This document shows, piece after piece, positions 29,087-43,207 of a DNA stretch of 64,000 nt; positions within the stretch are counted from its first letter, which is position 1; every line of letters begins with the position of its first letter. Under the pieces are notes generated by a model. It saw only the letters and a program-made list of their open reading frames with translations. It did not search any database and was not told the DNA's origin. The position numbers were made by a program, and so were the translations under genes. Origin of the DNA: the human T2T-CHM13v2.0 reference genome, Homo sapiens. Location: NCBI RefSeq assembly GCF_009914755.1, contig NC_060937.1. One strand, given 5' to 3'.

Positions 29087-29869
29087 AAGAAGCTCTTGAA
29101 TAATACTAATTTTATTTCTGTGGGGAGGTAATCAGACAAATTTATACAGTATAATATAGCAAATTTGGTATTGCTCAATATCAAAAATATAATATTCCTA
29201 GGGGAAAATTCAAGTGAAGTTGTATTAGTTTTTAAAATCAGAAGAAATTACCACAGGAGTCTGTCATTGGCCTTGAAGTAAAAACTAATAAAAGCCCCAT
29301 TATTCAGTTTTGCCTTTCCTTCCTTTAATAAAACATAAAATGCTCAAGAAATAGTTATATCAAAAGCCTATGGCAAGTAAATTAATATAATCTCCCTCTA
29401 GTTATCAACTGTCAGATTTTCTGAAAACTTGTGATAATAGGAACAGTTTAAGCTATTCATTTATTAAAGTTAATAGTAAGGCTTAAAAAATGTAAAATGT
29501 GAACCTGTTGGATCAAAAGATAATTTTTTTTATTAAAATAGACTTCAGGAGAAAAATTATTTAATAGATGTTATATGTGATAAAATGAAAGTGATTATCA
29601 CACATGCACATTCAAAATTGTCTAATAAAACACGTTAATACAAAAGTCTAATTAGCTGTAGATACAAAATTTAATCCCTATACAGATTGCTATAGGTATT
29701 AATTATTAGGAGCAAAGAAGTCATGGATATACTTCAATTATTTAAAACTTATAGCCATTGTTGAGGGACATATAAGGTTGACATTCTTATTGTCATTACT
29801 AAAAATTATGTCCCTTTTTTATGTTGACAGGTTTTTTACTTTTTACTTTTATTTATTTACCCTAAAGAG

Positions 29870-31440
29870 AATCATTTTTGATTTGTTAAAATCTAATATT
29901 ATCACTTTCACTATCTCCCTAACATCACCACATTCTTTAATTCTGCATTTACATTAATTCCAACATGATATTATCAATCTTAGTAACAATTTCTTTAAAG
30001 TCAATATTTATTTACATTTACAATTATATTTACCTTTTAGTTGCTCTTCATTTCTTCTTGCATCCCCATGCATTGGCCTGAGATTATTTTTCTTTTTTCT
30101 AAAGGACTCTCTTTGAATTTTTTCTTTGTGCACGTCAGTTGGTGCTGAAGGCTTTCAGCTTGTGGTTAGCAGAAAACATTATTTTGAAGGGTTATTTTGC
30201 TGGGTATACAATTCTAGTTTGGCAGTTATTCCTTTTAATAACAGCAAGGACGTCTATTAACTGAATTTTGACATTTCTAATTTTATCTTTAAATTTCATT
30301 TTTGTTTCTTTAACGGTGCCAATATTTTTTTGACCTTTTGGAAGCTACTTCTCCTTGTCTCTGGTTTTTATTATATTTATTGTGCTCAACGTTTGCACAG
30401 CTTCTTGAACATACTTGTCTATTTGTGAATTTTGCAGTTTGTAGCCACTCTCTTCTTAATTACTACTTCAGGCTCTCTCTGTACCTCTCTGAACCCTCTC
30501 TCTTTTTCTTCTTCTGAGACTTCAAGTACCAATATTTAAGATTTTTTTTACTCCGTCCCATGTCTTTTTTTTCCTAGTAGTATCCTTTACCTATCTGTGT
30601 TTCTATCCAGATATTTTCTTGATCTTTGTTTATATTTTCTTTTGTTAGAACTTGCTGTTAAATTTATCAATTGAGCACTTACTTTTTGTTTTTTTATATG
30701 TTGTATATTGCAATGTGTATCTGAATTTGTTTTTGCATATTTCAATTATCCTAGGCTATCATCCAACTTTGTTTCTATTTCACTTATTTTCCCTATTTAT
30801 TATACATGTTAACTGCAGCCGCATGTGTCTAAAAATTCCAAAGTCTAGGTTAACTGTGTAGTTTTGTTGATTCATTTGTTTGTTTGTTGGCTTTAAGTCA
30901 GCTTTTGTTCACTCATGCAAGGGGTAGGATAATTTTTAATGAATGCCAGGACTGGTGTGGAATTTTATAGTCTCCGGGGATTTTTTTTTTTCCTGTATAG
31001 AGAATTCACTTTTACTTTTGCTAGTAAGATAGAGTGACTAATCACTTTAATTCAATTTGGGACCATAATGACTAAAAGTTAGATCACACTTTGGATAAGA
31101 CTCCAGTTTTTCTTGTTCACCTCTGGTCCTAGAGCACAGCCTTCTAGAGGCTCCATCTGAAAGCCTAGGGTGTTCTTTCACTCTGATCTGCCGTTAAACT
31201 ACACTGTGATTCAAGTGTCTCAAGAGATGACTGTCTCTTAGGTCTGAAAGATGTCCACAAGATTTTTTTTCAAATGCTTTTTATAGAAGACTCTCTTCTC
31301 AGAATTGGGAAATGTCCTGAGGATAATAGTTGCTGCAGAATGTCACGCCAAATTTCAGCACAAATCCTGTTTCCTTGGAATTGTGTTCTTTCATGTCCTG
31401 ATTGCCTTAAAAGCTCTCTGTTGCCTTCATGTATATTTTA
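29870..31440 (-). mobile_element. Very old L1M ORF1/5' region fragments
   Basis: ttttgaagggttattttgctgggtatacaattctagtttggcagtt is a typical antisense L1M ORF1 motif. Confidence 0.6.
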
Positions 31441-31686
31441 TTTGTTGGGTTGGCTGTTTAATTTTTACATTAACTGAATTTGCTCGCTATTCTCTTCGGG
31501 AAAGTTGTGCTTGTGATATGGTACAAAATAATTCAACTTTTGAAAAAGGAGAATTAAAATGTTCTTGTAAGTTCAAACCATTTAAACTAAAATTTAATTA
31601 TAAATATTATTTTACAAACAAGAGTTTATTATCAACTTTGAAAGGCAGGATTCTTAGATGTCTATTTCCATTAAAAGTATAATTCG

Positions 31687-31994
<308 letters not shown>

Positions 31995-32729
31995 AAAAGT
32001 ATAATTCAACTAATGTCACTTGCAAGGGAGCAGGTAAAAAGTTCTAACCAATAGAAAATAACATAATAACGTGACTTTCTCATAAAATAAGTAGATATGC
32101 TAAAAGAAGTATTTACATTTTTCTAATAATAATTCTTTCCTTTCTAAACAATGTATATTATTTCTAAAGAACAAATGCACATGTATTTAAATAATTTGTT
32201 AGGTAATACATAGTCAATATTGAAATAAATGCACTTTTTCAAAGAGTTTAAATCTGCTTAGAAAAAAAGTGTGTTAGATCACTATGTCATATCATATGTA
32301 AAACTAAATTTGAGATATAATTAATGTCGAAAAATATCAAATATTAAATTAAAAAGCAGAGGGTATGAGATAATAGTTTTAAGACTATGTATGTGGAGGT
32401 CTCCCTACAGAAAAAAAGAAATTCAGAATCCATAACATACAGAAGTGATAGATGTAACTATAGTGCATGCTCACATGTATATCTCTTCTAACCCTTGGTG
32501 TCGTGATTGCTTGATCTCTTAAACTCCTAGAATATTTGTCTGTTTATACAACTCTAATTTTCTTGCTGTTTCAAGTGTAAAGTATATGGTCTACCTTCTT
32601 AAAATACTTCTTTGCAAATAGCCAAAATTCCCTTGTGCTACCTTGCTCTAAAATAATAAACTGGCAGAAACAGAACTCTAAATGTTTAGTCTGTGTTTGC
32701 ACTGAGCATTAGGGTACTGATGGGGTGGA

Positions 32730-33144
32730 GTATCAGCGACATTTATTTTAAAGAATGTGCTGATTTAATTGTGGAAGTTGGCAAGTTTGAAATTTGTAAT
32801 GCTGGCCTTCAGCGGGGAGATTCAAGCAATAGTGCTGTTGCAGTCTTGAGTCTATAATACATAAGGCAGGCCAGGCCAGTAGACCGGAAACACAAGCAAG
32901 ATTTTTATGTCACAACCTTGAAACATAATTCTTTATCTGGGGATCTTGAGTTTTTGCTCTGAAGGCCTTCGACTGATTATGTGAGTCCTACTCATGTAGG
33001 ACTAATCTGCTTTACTTAAGGTTAACCTATTATAAATGTTAATTACATCCATTTATCTTCATAGCAACATATAATTTCCAGTGTTTCACCAAATAGTTTA
33101 AAGCCATAGCCTAGTAAAGAAGAAACATACAATTAAGCATCACA
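32730..33144 (-). mobile_element. ERVL solo LTR, MLT2C/D-like
   Basis: aaggccttcgactgatt..taatctgctttacttaag..aaatgttaattacatc..aattaagcatcaca matches the antisense MLT2 start. Confidence 0.85.
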
Positions 33145-33391
33145 GTGACTCTACTTACTCCCAATCACTCTCTCTGTCTTTCACACACATGCATGCAGAA
33201 TTTAATTATTGTTCGACTTCTTCTATTATATGTGTGTGTGTGAAATTAAAATAGCAATATCAAATCAGGAGAATATATTGAATTGTTATCTTTGTGTTTC
33301 AGGGAGAGAGAGAAATAGAAAAGGAAATAAATAGGTATATTTATGAAATTGATGATTATGTGATAAATAGAACATGGTCCTAAATTGCAAT

Positions 33392-33900
33392 TGTAAAGGC
33401 TTACTTTATGTGTCAATTTGACTGGGCTGCAGAGTGGCCAGATATTATGGTCAATCATTATTCTGGCAGTTTTTGTGAGTGTTTTTTGGGTGAGTTTAAC
33501 ATTTAAATAAATAGACTGAGTAAAGTACTATGGCTTGTTAGGCCAATCTAGAGAGGCTTACATCTTGGAAACTTTTAGGACATATTTCAACCCAAATTAC
33601 TTCTAATCATTTGACAGATATTTTTATTTAGAAATACTTGGCCAGGCACGGTGGCTCACGCCTGTAATCTTAGCACTTTGGGAGGGCGAGGCGGGTGGAT
33701 CACGAGGTCAGGAGTTTGAGACCATCCTGGCCAACACGGTGAAACCCTGTCTCTACTAAAAATACAAAACTTAGCTGGGTGTGGTGGCACATGGCTGTAA
33801 TCCCAGCTACTTGGGAGTCTGAGGCAGGGGAATTGCTTGAACCCGGGAGGCAGAGGTTGCGACACTGCCTTCCACCCTGGCTACAGAGTGAGACTCCATC

Positions 33901-33943
<43 letters not shown>

Positions 33944-34305
33944 AAATACATATATATATATTTTATACATATATATATATAGTGTATATTCCCATTAATA
34001 TGAGTGGGCCTAATTCAGTACGCTGAAGGCCTTGAATGAACAAAAGGCTGGCCTTCCCCCAGTTGAGAGGGAATCCCTCCTGCATGACTGCCTTCAAGAG
34101 AGAATATCAGTTTTTTCTGGTCTTTGAACTGAAACTTCATCATTGGATTTCCAGGGACTCCAGCTTGCCAACTGTTGATTTTGGGACTTGTCTGTCTCTC
34201 TAACTGCATAAGCCAATTCCTTATAATAAATCTATATATGTATGAATTCTAGTATGTATCTATCTACATCTTATTTATACTACTTCTTTGGAAAACACTA
34301 AAACA
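33392..34305 (+). mobile_element. ERVL solo LTR, MLT2B-like, interrupted by a templated insert and an Alu
   Basis: ttatgtgtcaatttgactgggc..agactgagtaaagta, resuming at gagtgggcctaattcagtacgctgaaggccttgaatgaacaaaaggctg. Confidence 0.9.
33640..33981 (+). mobile_element. AluSc/Sg-like with right-arm internal deletion and A15+(AT)n tail
   Basis: ggatcacgaggtcaggagtttgagaccatcctggcc. The right arm reads aggttgcgacactgc and lacks agtgagccgagatcgcgc. Confidence 0.95.
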
Positions 34306-34877
34306 GAGAGCAATGTATGTTTAATATATGAAGCATAACATATGATGTATAACATATGACAATATATAATAAAATAAATATTATTGTATGTAATATATGG
34401 TACAGTATATGTATCACAAAATATAATTATATATTATTTTCTTTTCCCATTGACTAATAAGTTTTACATTCTATTATCAAAATCACAAGAAATATTTTTG
34501 AGAACTAGATGAAAAATGATCCAACATTTTCTCTGGAAAAAAAATATACTGAATGCAACAGCTAAGGATAGTATAAAAAAAAACAAGAGTTATCAATTAT
34601 TATATCCCTATTAAATATTTAAATTCATTATAGAATAATGATCATTATAATGTAATTGAAGAAATAAAATCTTTTGGAGATAAAAAAATAAGTCCAATGC
34701 TTGTGTTATAAATACATTATATTTGAAAACACAGAAATAGGGAATATTTAATGAGTTCCTAATCTTTTTTTTTCTAATTTTTTCCTTTAAACTAGCTTTA
34801 ATTTGAGAAAATAAAATAATTTCATTATAAGGTTAAATATAGAATATTGATTATCAAAGGGATATGGATTGAGGGTT

Positions 34878-35003
34878 GCTTGGTATGCCAGTCTAGAGAG
34901 TTGTACATCTTGGAAAATTTTAAGGGGCATATTTCAACCCAAATTACTTCTAATTGTTTGACAGTTATTTAGATTTAGAAATAATTTGTGTATATTCCCA
35001 TTA
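34878..35003 (+). repeat. Uninterrupted donor copy of the segment inserted at 33533-33997
   Basis: Shared tacatcttggaaa..catatttcaacccaaattacttctaat..tttgacag..atttagaaata..gtgtatattcccatta. Confidence 0.93.
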
Positions 35004-36729
35004 TTAATCTTAGACTAAGAAATTAACTGAAACTAACCTACCTCTACATATACATTGGAAATCACTGCTGAAGTGTGCATTGGGTTGAAACTTGAATTTA
35101 GCTCACTCATCTATGGGCATGGGAATATCTGTGAAATGTGGCTAAGATGAAAATCTATAATGAAAGAAGACTGGGTCAGCAATTAATGAATGGAGGCTTG
35201 TTCTTGACTTGTAATGGAAGAAATATATACATTTTAGTTGGTGATATATTTTTACATCACTGTTTAACTACATGCCATATAATGCTGAATTCTATTTTTT
35301 GCTGTAATAGTTCTATGCATTGTTTGCGTGTTTTTTTGATTTATGATTTTTGTAGTAAAATTGTAAAACAAGGATAATGTAAAAACTTTAAAAAATATTC
35401 CCAGTAATCTTTCCATAAAAAAGAAAACCTTTCAATGTTTTAAGAAGAGACAAACTGGTTGATTGAGGTCTTTGCTCCCATTTTAAAGGGAATGATTATA
35501 GAAGCATAATATTGAGCTAGAAAGAGGGGAATCAGACAGATTAATCTCATTACTAAAAAATCAACAGGAAGGAATAAATTACATAAACAAAACATCTGGA
35601 TCATTGAAGAGAAACTAATTAACATGGTAAGAAAAAATGTGCCTGCCCTTCGAATTAAGAAGGCAGATCATAAAGGGTATAATCAGAACACTGAAAATGA
35701 TTGCCAACACACTCTTGTAGCATACACATGTTCTCCCTAAGGAGACATGTAATTACAACAAATTGTATTCTAAATATGTATCTGTAATTTTGTAGGCATG
35801 GGTTTTCTTGTTAATTCAAACATTTTTAAGTCATAAAAATGTGCCTTTTAAAAGCTTAACTTATTTTAGGATTGGGAAATAAACTTAATATTTTAAACAT
35901 TGAATAAATCACTAAGTAATTACTACAATAAACTACCTAACATTGTTTTTGGAAAGAAATATAAAGCACTATTTTAAACTGTAATAATATATATCTTGAA
36001 ATTGAAAATGTACAAATTTTCAATAATTACACCGTCTAATAACCACTTACAGTGCAGTGGGAAGTTGCCCAAACATTCTGTCACATTTCTCTTTGGTTGT
36101 GAAAGGCAAGTAAAGGTGACATGGAGCATATCTTTGTTTAAATGAAGTTAGGTTTTTTTAGTTTGTTGTAGCAAAGAAAATATATACCTAGAGGAACAGA
36201 GATTGTCTCAAGAAAATTGAATACAGAGACCTCTTCTAATGTTTAAACCTGTGTAGAGGACTTTTGAACAGGATTAAGTAAGGCGAGATTATTATCAAGT
36301 AGACGCCTTCAAAAAATAGAGAAGATTCAGTGATTAGATGTCTTAAAGTTTTATTTATAAGGCAAGAAGATAAATTTAGAACTATAGTCATTGATAAAGG
36401 AGTAGTAATAATCCATGTTTGTCAGAGAGGAAGATATTTAGTCATTTGTGTGGTTGCCGAGTGACCTTGTGTTTGTTATACTGTGAATATGCTTCTGATG
36501 TAGTCTTTTCTGAGCATCACAGGTTGGCTTTCAGCAAAGCTGTTATTTACTTGCTGAGGTAAAATTCAAGTCAAAATTATATGCTTTTGGCAAAATTTTT
36601 TGCCAAGATTATTAAAATAATTCAGTAGTGCTAAAATTACTCAAAATTTACAACCGAAAAAAAAAACGCTTTTCTATATTGTATTCTAGTTGCTATTTTT
36701 CCTCTTAATTTATATGTATTAATAATAGC

Positions 36730-38000
36730 TGCTTAAAAGTTGTCTTTTTTGTCAGTGGTGTGGTACAGGCATCAATTTTCCCACACAGCTCTCTAAGTTT
36801 TACAAGTCAACTTATTGAAGACACTTTTCTGCATTGACACTTTTTCTAACAGGTCAAGTGCAGATGTTTGCATGAGCCCGTTTCTGGGTTATCTCCTTTA
36901 TTTCATTCATCGATTTGTTTATCTTTCTACTAATACTATATAATCTTAACTAATGTAGCTTTCTTATAATTTTTTATCTTAAGAATTATATAACACCACC
37001 AAATGGGATTTATCTGAGATAATCAAGGCTAGTTCAACATTCAGCATCAATCAATACAAAATTGGGCACATTGCCACAAGCCTATAGTCCCAGAAATTTG
37101 GTAGGCTGAGGTGGGAGGATCTATTGAGCCCAGGAATTCAAGACCAGCTCAGGCAACATAGGAAAATCTCATCTTAAAAAAAAAAATACAAACAAAAAGA
37201 ATCAATCAATCAATACAATAATATACCACATTAAAGGACGAAAAGGATAAAGAAGGGAAATCAGATGATTATAACAACCACGGTAAAAAAGGTATATGAC
37301 GTAGTCCAACACCATTCATGTTAAAAAAAAAATAATCTCAGCAAACAAGAAATAGAGGACAACTTTATCAAGTTGGTAAATAATGTTTAAAACAACTTAT
37401 AGCTAACATCATAATTGTGAGACACTGGGCTCTTTTTCCCTAAGGTTAAGAAAAAGGCAAGCATGTTATATCTCTCTGCTGTTATTCACCTTGTACCAAA
37501 ATTATAACTAGAATAATAAGATTAGAAAAAGCAATAAAACTTACACAGATTAGAAATGAAGTATCAAAATTGTCTTTATGCTCAGATGACATTACAGTCT
37601 ATGTAGAAAAATCAAAGAATCTCCCAAAACCTCCTGGAATTAGTAACAAGCTTTAATATAATACTTTCTGACAACTTTGTACTTCTGTAAATGTGTCCTG
37701 GCTATTCTTCGACATTAGTATTTTTCTCATTTCTACTAAGAGAAATTTACTCATTTCTACTACTTAATTAAATGTTCTCATTTAATTAAGAACATATTGA
37801 TTCTATGTGTGAGCTGATATCTCTACATTAATTCATTTAATTCATAAACAGTATATCTCAACAATGGTTAATAGTTTTCTGTGCTGCTATATCTAAATAA
37901 TGGGTGATAACTTTTTTGTGTATCTTTTGTCAGATTTATTTCTAGATGGTTAGTGTTTTTGATATCACTGCTTAACGACGTATGATAAAACATAACATCT
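36730..38000. mobile_element. Nested L1 fragments: older antisense L1M (36730-36980, 37690-38000) with a sense ORF2 RT piece (36980-37650)
   Basis: Sense caccaaatgggatttatc..ttcaacatt and cagatgacattacagtctatgtagaaaa (ADD..YVEN-like), flanked by antisense L1 motifs. Confidence 0.7.
37061..37200 (+). mobile_element. FLAM (free left Alu monomer, FLAM_A-like)
   Basis: Single monomer ggctgaggtgggaggatctattgagcccaggaattcaagaccagc plus A tail. TSD atcaatcaatacaa (37046-37059, 37205-37218). Confidence 0.9.
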
Positions 38001-38462
38001 ATGTAAGCAACATCAAGATGAGGATGTAATGGAGTACCAGGATCTGGAGCTACCAAAATATCCTTTTCACTCATTATTTCATACTTCGTTCTCAAAGTAA
38101 ACATTGTTCTTACTTTTAATCATAATTATTTGATTTTTAAATACTATTACCAAATAAGCATGTATCCCTAAACACTATGGTTTAATTAGTCCTATAGTTT
38201 GCATTTGTATAAATGAAATTCTTTATTTTTTTTAGATTTTAAAAATTTAACTTTTATTTTAAGTTCAGAAGTACATGTGCAGGTTTTTTATTTAGGTAAA
38301 CTTGTGTCATGGGGGTTTGCTGTACAGATTATTTTGTCACTGAGGTATTAAGCCTAGTACCCATCAGTTATTTTTCTTGATCTTCTTCCTCCTCCCACCC
38401 TCCACCCATAATAGGCCGCAGTGTGTGTTCTTCCCCTCTATGTGTCCATGTGTTCTCATCAT

Positions 38463-41400
38463 TTAGTTCCCACTTATAAGTGAGAACATGCATTATTTGA
38501 TTTTCTCTTCCTGTGTTAGTTTGTTAAGGATAATGGCCCCCAGCTCCATCCATGTTCCTGCAAATGAGATGATATCATTCTTTTTTATGGCTGCATAGTA
38601 TTCCAAGTTGTCTATGTACCATATTTTCTTTATGCAGTCTACCACTGATGGGCATTTAGGTTAATTCCATGTCTTTGCTATTTTGAATAGTGCTGCAAAG
38701 AACATATGTGTGCATGTGTCTTTATAATAGAACAATTTATATTCTTCTGAGTATATGCTCAGTAATGGGATTCCTGGGTCTAATGGTATTTCTGTCTTTA
38801 GATTTTTGAGGAATCTCCACACTGTCTTCCACAATGGTTGAACTAATTCACACTCCCACCAGCAGTGTATAAGCATTCTTTTTTCTCCACCACCTCACCA
38901 ACATCTGTTATTTTTTGACTTTTTAATCAGCCATTCTGACTGGTGTGAGACAGCATCTCACTCTGGTTTTGATTTGCATTTCTCTAATGATTAGTGATGT
39001 TGAGTTTCTTTTCATATGCTTGTTGGTCGCATGTATGCCTTCTTTAGAAAAGTGTCTGTTAATGTCCTTTGCCCACATTTTAATGAGGTTGTTTGTTTTT
39101 TTTTCATGTAAATTGTTTAAGTTCCTTACAGATGCTGGATGTTAGACCTTTGTCAGATGGATAGTTTGCAAACATTTTCTCCTATTTGGTAGGTTGCTTA
39201 CTCTGTTGCTAGTTTCCTTTGTTATGCAGAAGCTCTTTAGTTTTTAATTAGATCCCATTTTCCAATTTTTGCTTTTATTGCAAATAGTTTTTGTTATCTT
39301 TGGCGAGAAATATTTGCCCACATCTTAGTCCTGAGTGGTATTGCCTAGGTTTTCTTCTTAGGGTTTTTATAGTTTGCAGTTTCACATTTCAGCCTTTAAT
39401 CCATCTTGAACTGATTTTCATATAAGGCGTAAAAATGGGTCCAGTTTCAATTTTCTGCATATGGCTGACCAGTTATCCCAGCTCTGTTTATAGAATAGGG
39501 AGTCATTTCCCAATTGCTTGTTTTTGTCAGGATTGTCAAAGATCAGATAGTTGTAGGTATGCAGACTTATTTCTGAGTTCTCTACTCTCTTCCATTGAGC
39601 TTTACGTATCTCTTTTTTGTACCAGTACCATGCTGTTTTGGCTACTGTAGCCTGTACTATAGTTTGAAGTCAGGTAGCATGACACCTGCAGTTTTGTTCT
39701 TTTTGCTTAGGATTGTCTTGGCCATTCAGGGTCTTGTTTAGTTACATATGAATTTTAAAATGGTATTTTTCTGGTTCTGTGAAGAATGTCAACGGCAGTT
39801 TCATAGGAATAGCATTCAGTCTACAAATTACTTTTGGCAGTATGGCCATTTTGAAAATATCGATTCCTCCTCTCCATGAGCATGGGATGTTTTTTTCATT
39901 TGTTTGTGTGTCATCTCTGATTTCTTTGAACAGTGTTTTGCAGTTGCCTTGTAGAGATCTTTCACCTCCCTGGTTAGCTGTATTTCTACATATTTTTGTG
40001 CATTTGTGAGGACTGTGAATGGGATTGCATTCCTGATTTGGCTCTCAGCTTGACTGTTGATGGTATATGGGAATGTTAGTGATTTCTGCACATTGATTTT
40101 GTATCCTCAGACTTTGCTGAAGTTGTTTATTGGATTAAGGAACTTTTTGGCTGAGACAATGGGGTTTTTTATATATAGGATTATATTGTCTGCAAAAAGG
40201 GATAGTTTGACTTTCTCTCTTCTTATTTGGATGTCCTTTATTTGGATGTCTCTTATCCAATTGTCCTTTCCAGGACTTATAGTACTATACTGAATAAGAG
40301 TGGTGAGAGAAGGTATCCTTGTCTTGTGCTGGTTTTCAAGGGGAATGCTTCTAGCTTTTGCCCATTCAGTATGATGCTGGCTGTGGGTTTGTCATATATG
40401 GCTCTTATTATTTTGAGAAAATCATGTGGTTTTTGCCTTTAGTTCGGTTGATGTAATTAATTTCATTTATTGATTTGTGTATGCTGGAACAAACTTGCAT
40501 TCCAGATTACTTGATTGTGATGGGTACGCTTTTCAGTGTGCTGCTGGAATCAGTATATTGTTGAGGATTTTTGCATCTGCATTCATGAAGAATATTGGCC
40601 TGAAGTTTTCTTTTTTGTTGTTGTGGCTCTGTCAGGTTTTCTTATCAGGATGATGCTGGCCCTGTAGAATGAGTTAAGGAAGCATCCCTCCTCCTCAATG
40701 TTTTGGAACAGTTTCAGCAGCAATAATACCAGCTCTTCTTTGTACATCTGGTAAAATCCAGAAGGAATTTGTCTAGTCCCAGGCTTTTTTTCGTTGGTAA
40801 GTTATTTATTATGGGTTCAATTTCAGAGCTCATTATTTGTCTCCTTATTGGTGTCATTATTGTATGTGTTCAGGAATTTATCCATTTCTTCTAATTTTTT
40901 CTAGTTTATATGCCTAGAGGTATTATAGTATTCTCATTCTCTGATGGTTGTATTTCTGTGAGGTAGTGATAATACCCCCCTTATCATTTCTGATTGTGTT
41001 GATTTGAATCTTCTCTCTTTTGTTATTATTAGTCTAGCTAGCTAGTGGTCTATTTTTTTTTTTCAAAAAATTTCAAAACCTGGCTCCTGAATTTGTTGGT
41101 CTTTTGAATAGATTTTTGTGTCTCAGTCTCATTTAGTTCAGTTCTAAATTTGGCTATTTCTTGTCTTCTGCTAGCTTTGGGATTTGTTTGCTCTTGGTTA
41201 TTTAGCTCTTTTAGTTGTGGTGTTAAGTTGTTAAATTAAGATCGTTCTTTTTGATATGGCCATTCAGAGCCATAAATTTCCCTCTTAACACTGTCTTAGC
41301 TGTGTTCCAGAGATTCTGGTATGTTGTATCTTTGTTCTCCTTAGTTTCAAAGAACTTCTTGATATCTGCCTTAATTTAATTTTTTACCCAGGAGTCATTC

Positions 41401-42130
41401 AGGATCAGATCACTCAATTTCCATGTAATGGAATGATTTTGAATGAATATCTTAGCCTTGATTTCTAATTTGATTGTGCTGTGGTCTGAGTGATTGTTTG
41501 TTATTATTTCAGTTTTTTTGAAATTGCTGAGGAGTGTTTTACTTCCAATTATGTGATTGATTTTAGAGTATGTACCATATGGAGATGAGAAGAATGTATA
41601 TTCTGTTGTTTTTGGGTGGAAAGTTGTGTAGCTATCTATCAGGTTCATTTGATACAGTGCTGAGTTCAGGTCCTAATATCATCAGTGGCCTGTTAAAATC
41701 TCCAGATATTATTGTGTGGGAGTCTAAGTCAATTTGAAGGTCTCTAAAAACTTGCAATGTGAATCTGGGTACTCCTGTGTTGGGTACATACATATTTAGG
41801 ATAGTTAGATCTTCTTTTTGTATTGAACCCTTTACCATTATGTAATTCCCTTCTTCGTCTTTTTTGATCTTTCTTGGCTTAAAGTCTGTTTTGTCTGAAA
41901 CTATGATTCCAACCCCTGCTTTTTTGTTTTCCATTTGCTTGGTAGATTTTTCTGCATCCCTTTATTTTGAGCTTATGTGTGTCATTTCATGTAAGATGAG
42001 TCTCCTGAAGACAGCATAACAATAGGTCTTGGTTCTTTATCTAGTTGCCACTCTGTCTTTTAATTGAAGCAGTTAGCCCATTTACATTCAAGGTTAGTAT
42101 TGATATGTGTAGATTTGATCCTACCATCAT
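38463..42130 (-). pseudogene. Disrupted L1 ORF2 (endonuclease/reverse transcriptase)
   Basis: Start ATGATGGTAGGATCAAAT at 42130. Track peptides KKAGVGIIVSDKTDFKP, EYTFFSSPYGTYSKINHI and [23 protein letters not shown]. Multiple frameshifts and deletions. Confidence 0.92.
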
Positions 42131-42189
42131 GATGTTAGATGGTTATTTTGCAGACTTGTTTACATGGTTGCTTTATAGTGTCAGTGGTC

Positions 42190-43207
42190 TGTGGACTTCA
42201 GTGTGTTTTTATAGTGGCTGGTAATGGTATTTCATTTCCATATTTAGTACTTTGTTCAGAAGGTCTTGTAAGGCAGGTCTGGTGGTAACAAATTCCCTCA
42301 GAATTTGCTTGCCTGAGAAGGATTTTATTTATCCTTTGCTTATGAAGCCTAGTTTAGCTGAATATGAAATTCTGGGTTGGAATTTCTTTTACTTAAGAAT
42401 GTTGAATATCGACACCCCCCCATGTTTTCTGGCTTGTACAATTTCTGCTGAAAGATCTGCTGTTAGTCTGATGGGTTTCCCTTTATATGTGACCTGACTT
42501 TTCTCTCTACCTGAGTTTAACATCTTTCTTTCATTTCCACCTTGGAGAATCTGATGAATATGTGTCTTGGGGATGATCATCGTGTGAAGTATCTTACTGG
42601 AGTTTTCTGCATTTACTGAATTTGAATGTTTGCCTCTCTAGTTAGGTTGGAGAAGTTCTCATGGATGATACCCTGAAATATGTTTTCCAAGTTAGTTCCA
42701 TTCTCCCCATCATTTTCAGGTACAACAGTGAGTTGTAGATTTGATCTCCTTACATAAAACCATATTTATTGGAAGTTTTTTTTTCATGATTTTTCTTTCT
42801 TTTTTCTTTACTCTTGTCTGACTGTCTTATTTCAGGAAGTCAGTCTTCAAGCTCTGAGTCTTTTCTCTGCATAATCTTTTCTGTTATTAATACTTATTGC
42901 ATTATAAAATTATTATAGTGTGATTTCAGCTCTACCAATTTGGTTACATTATTTTCTATTCTGGCTGGCTCATCTGTCAGCTCCTGCATTGTTTTATTAT
43001 GATTTTTTGCTTCCTTGGATTGGGATTCAATGCACTCCCACAGCTCAGTGACCTTTGTTCTTATCCATACTCTGAATTCTACTTCTGTCATTTCGGCCAC
43101 CTCAGTCCAATTCAGAACCCTTTCTGGAGAGGTGATAAAGTCATTTGGGGGAAGGAAGGTACTCTGGCTCTTTAGTTGTCAGGGTTTTTGTGCTGATTCT
43201 TTCTCAT
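42190..43207 (-). pseudogene. Disrupted L1 ORF1 (RNA-binding chaperone)
   Basis: ATG at 43207. Track peptides AEMTEVEFRVWI and QVTYKGKPIRLTADLSAE. Confidence 0.9.

Noticed and set aside
36075-36560. Possible ancient LTR
   Set aside because: It has an LTR-like appearance, but I could not match it to any consensus with confidence.
36587-36606. 9-bp inverted repeat ttggcaaaa-tt-ttttgccaa
   Set aside because: Short and A/T-run based, expected by chance in 64 kb of AT-rich DNA.
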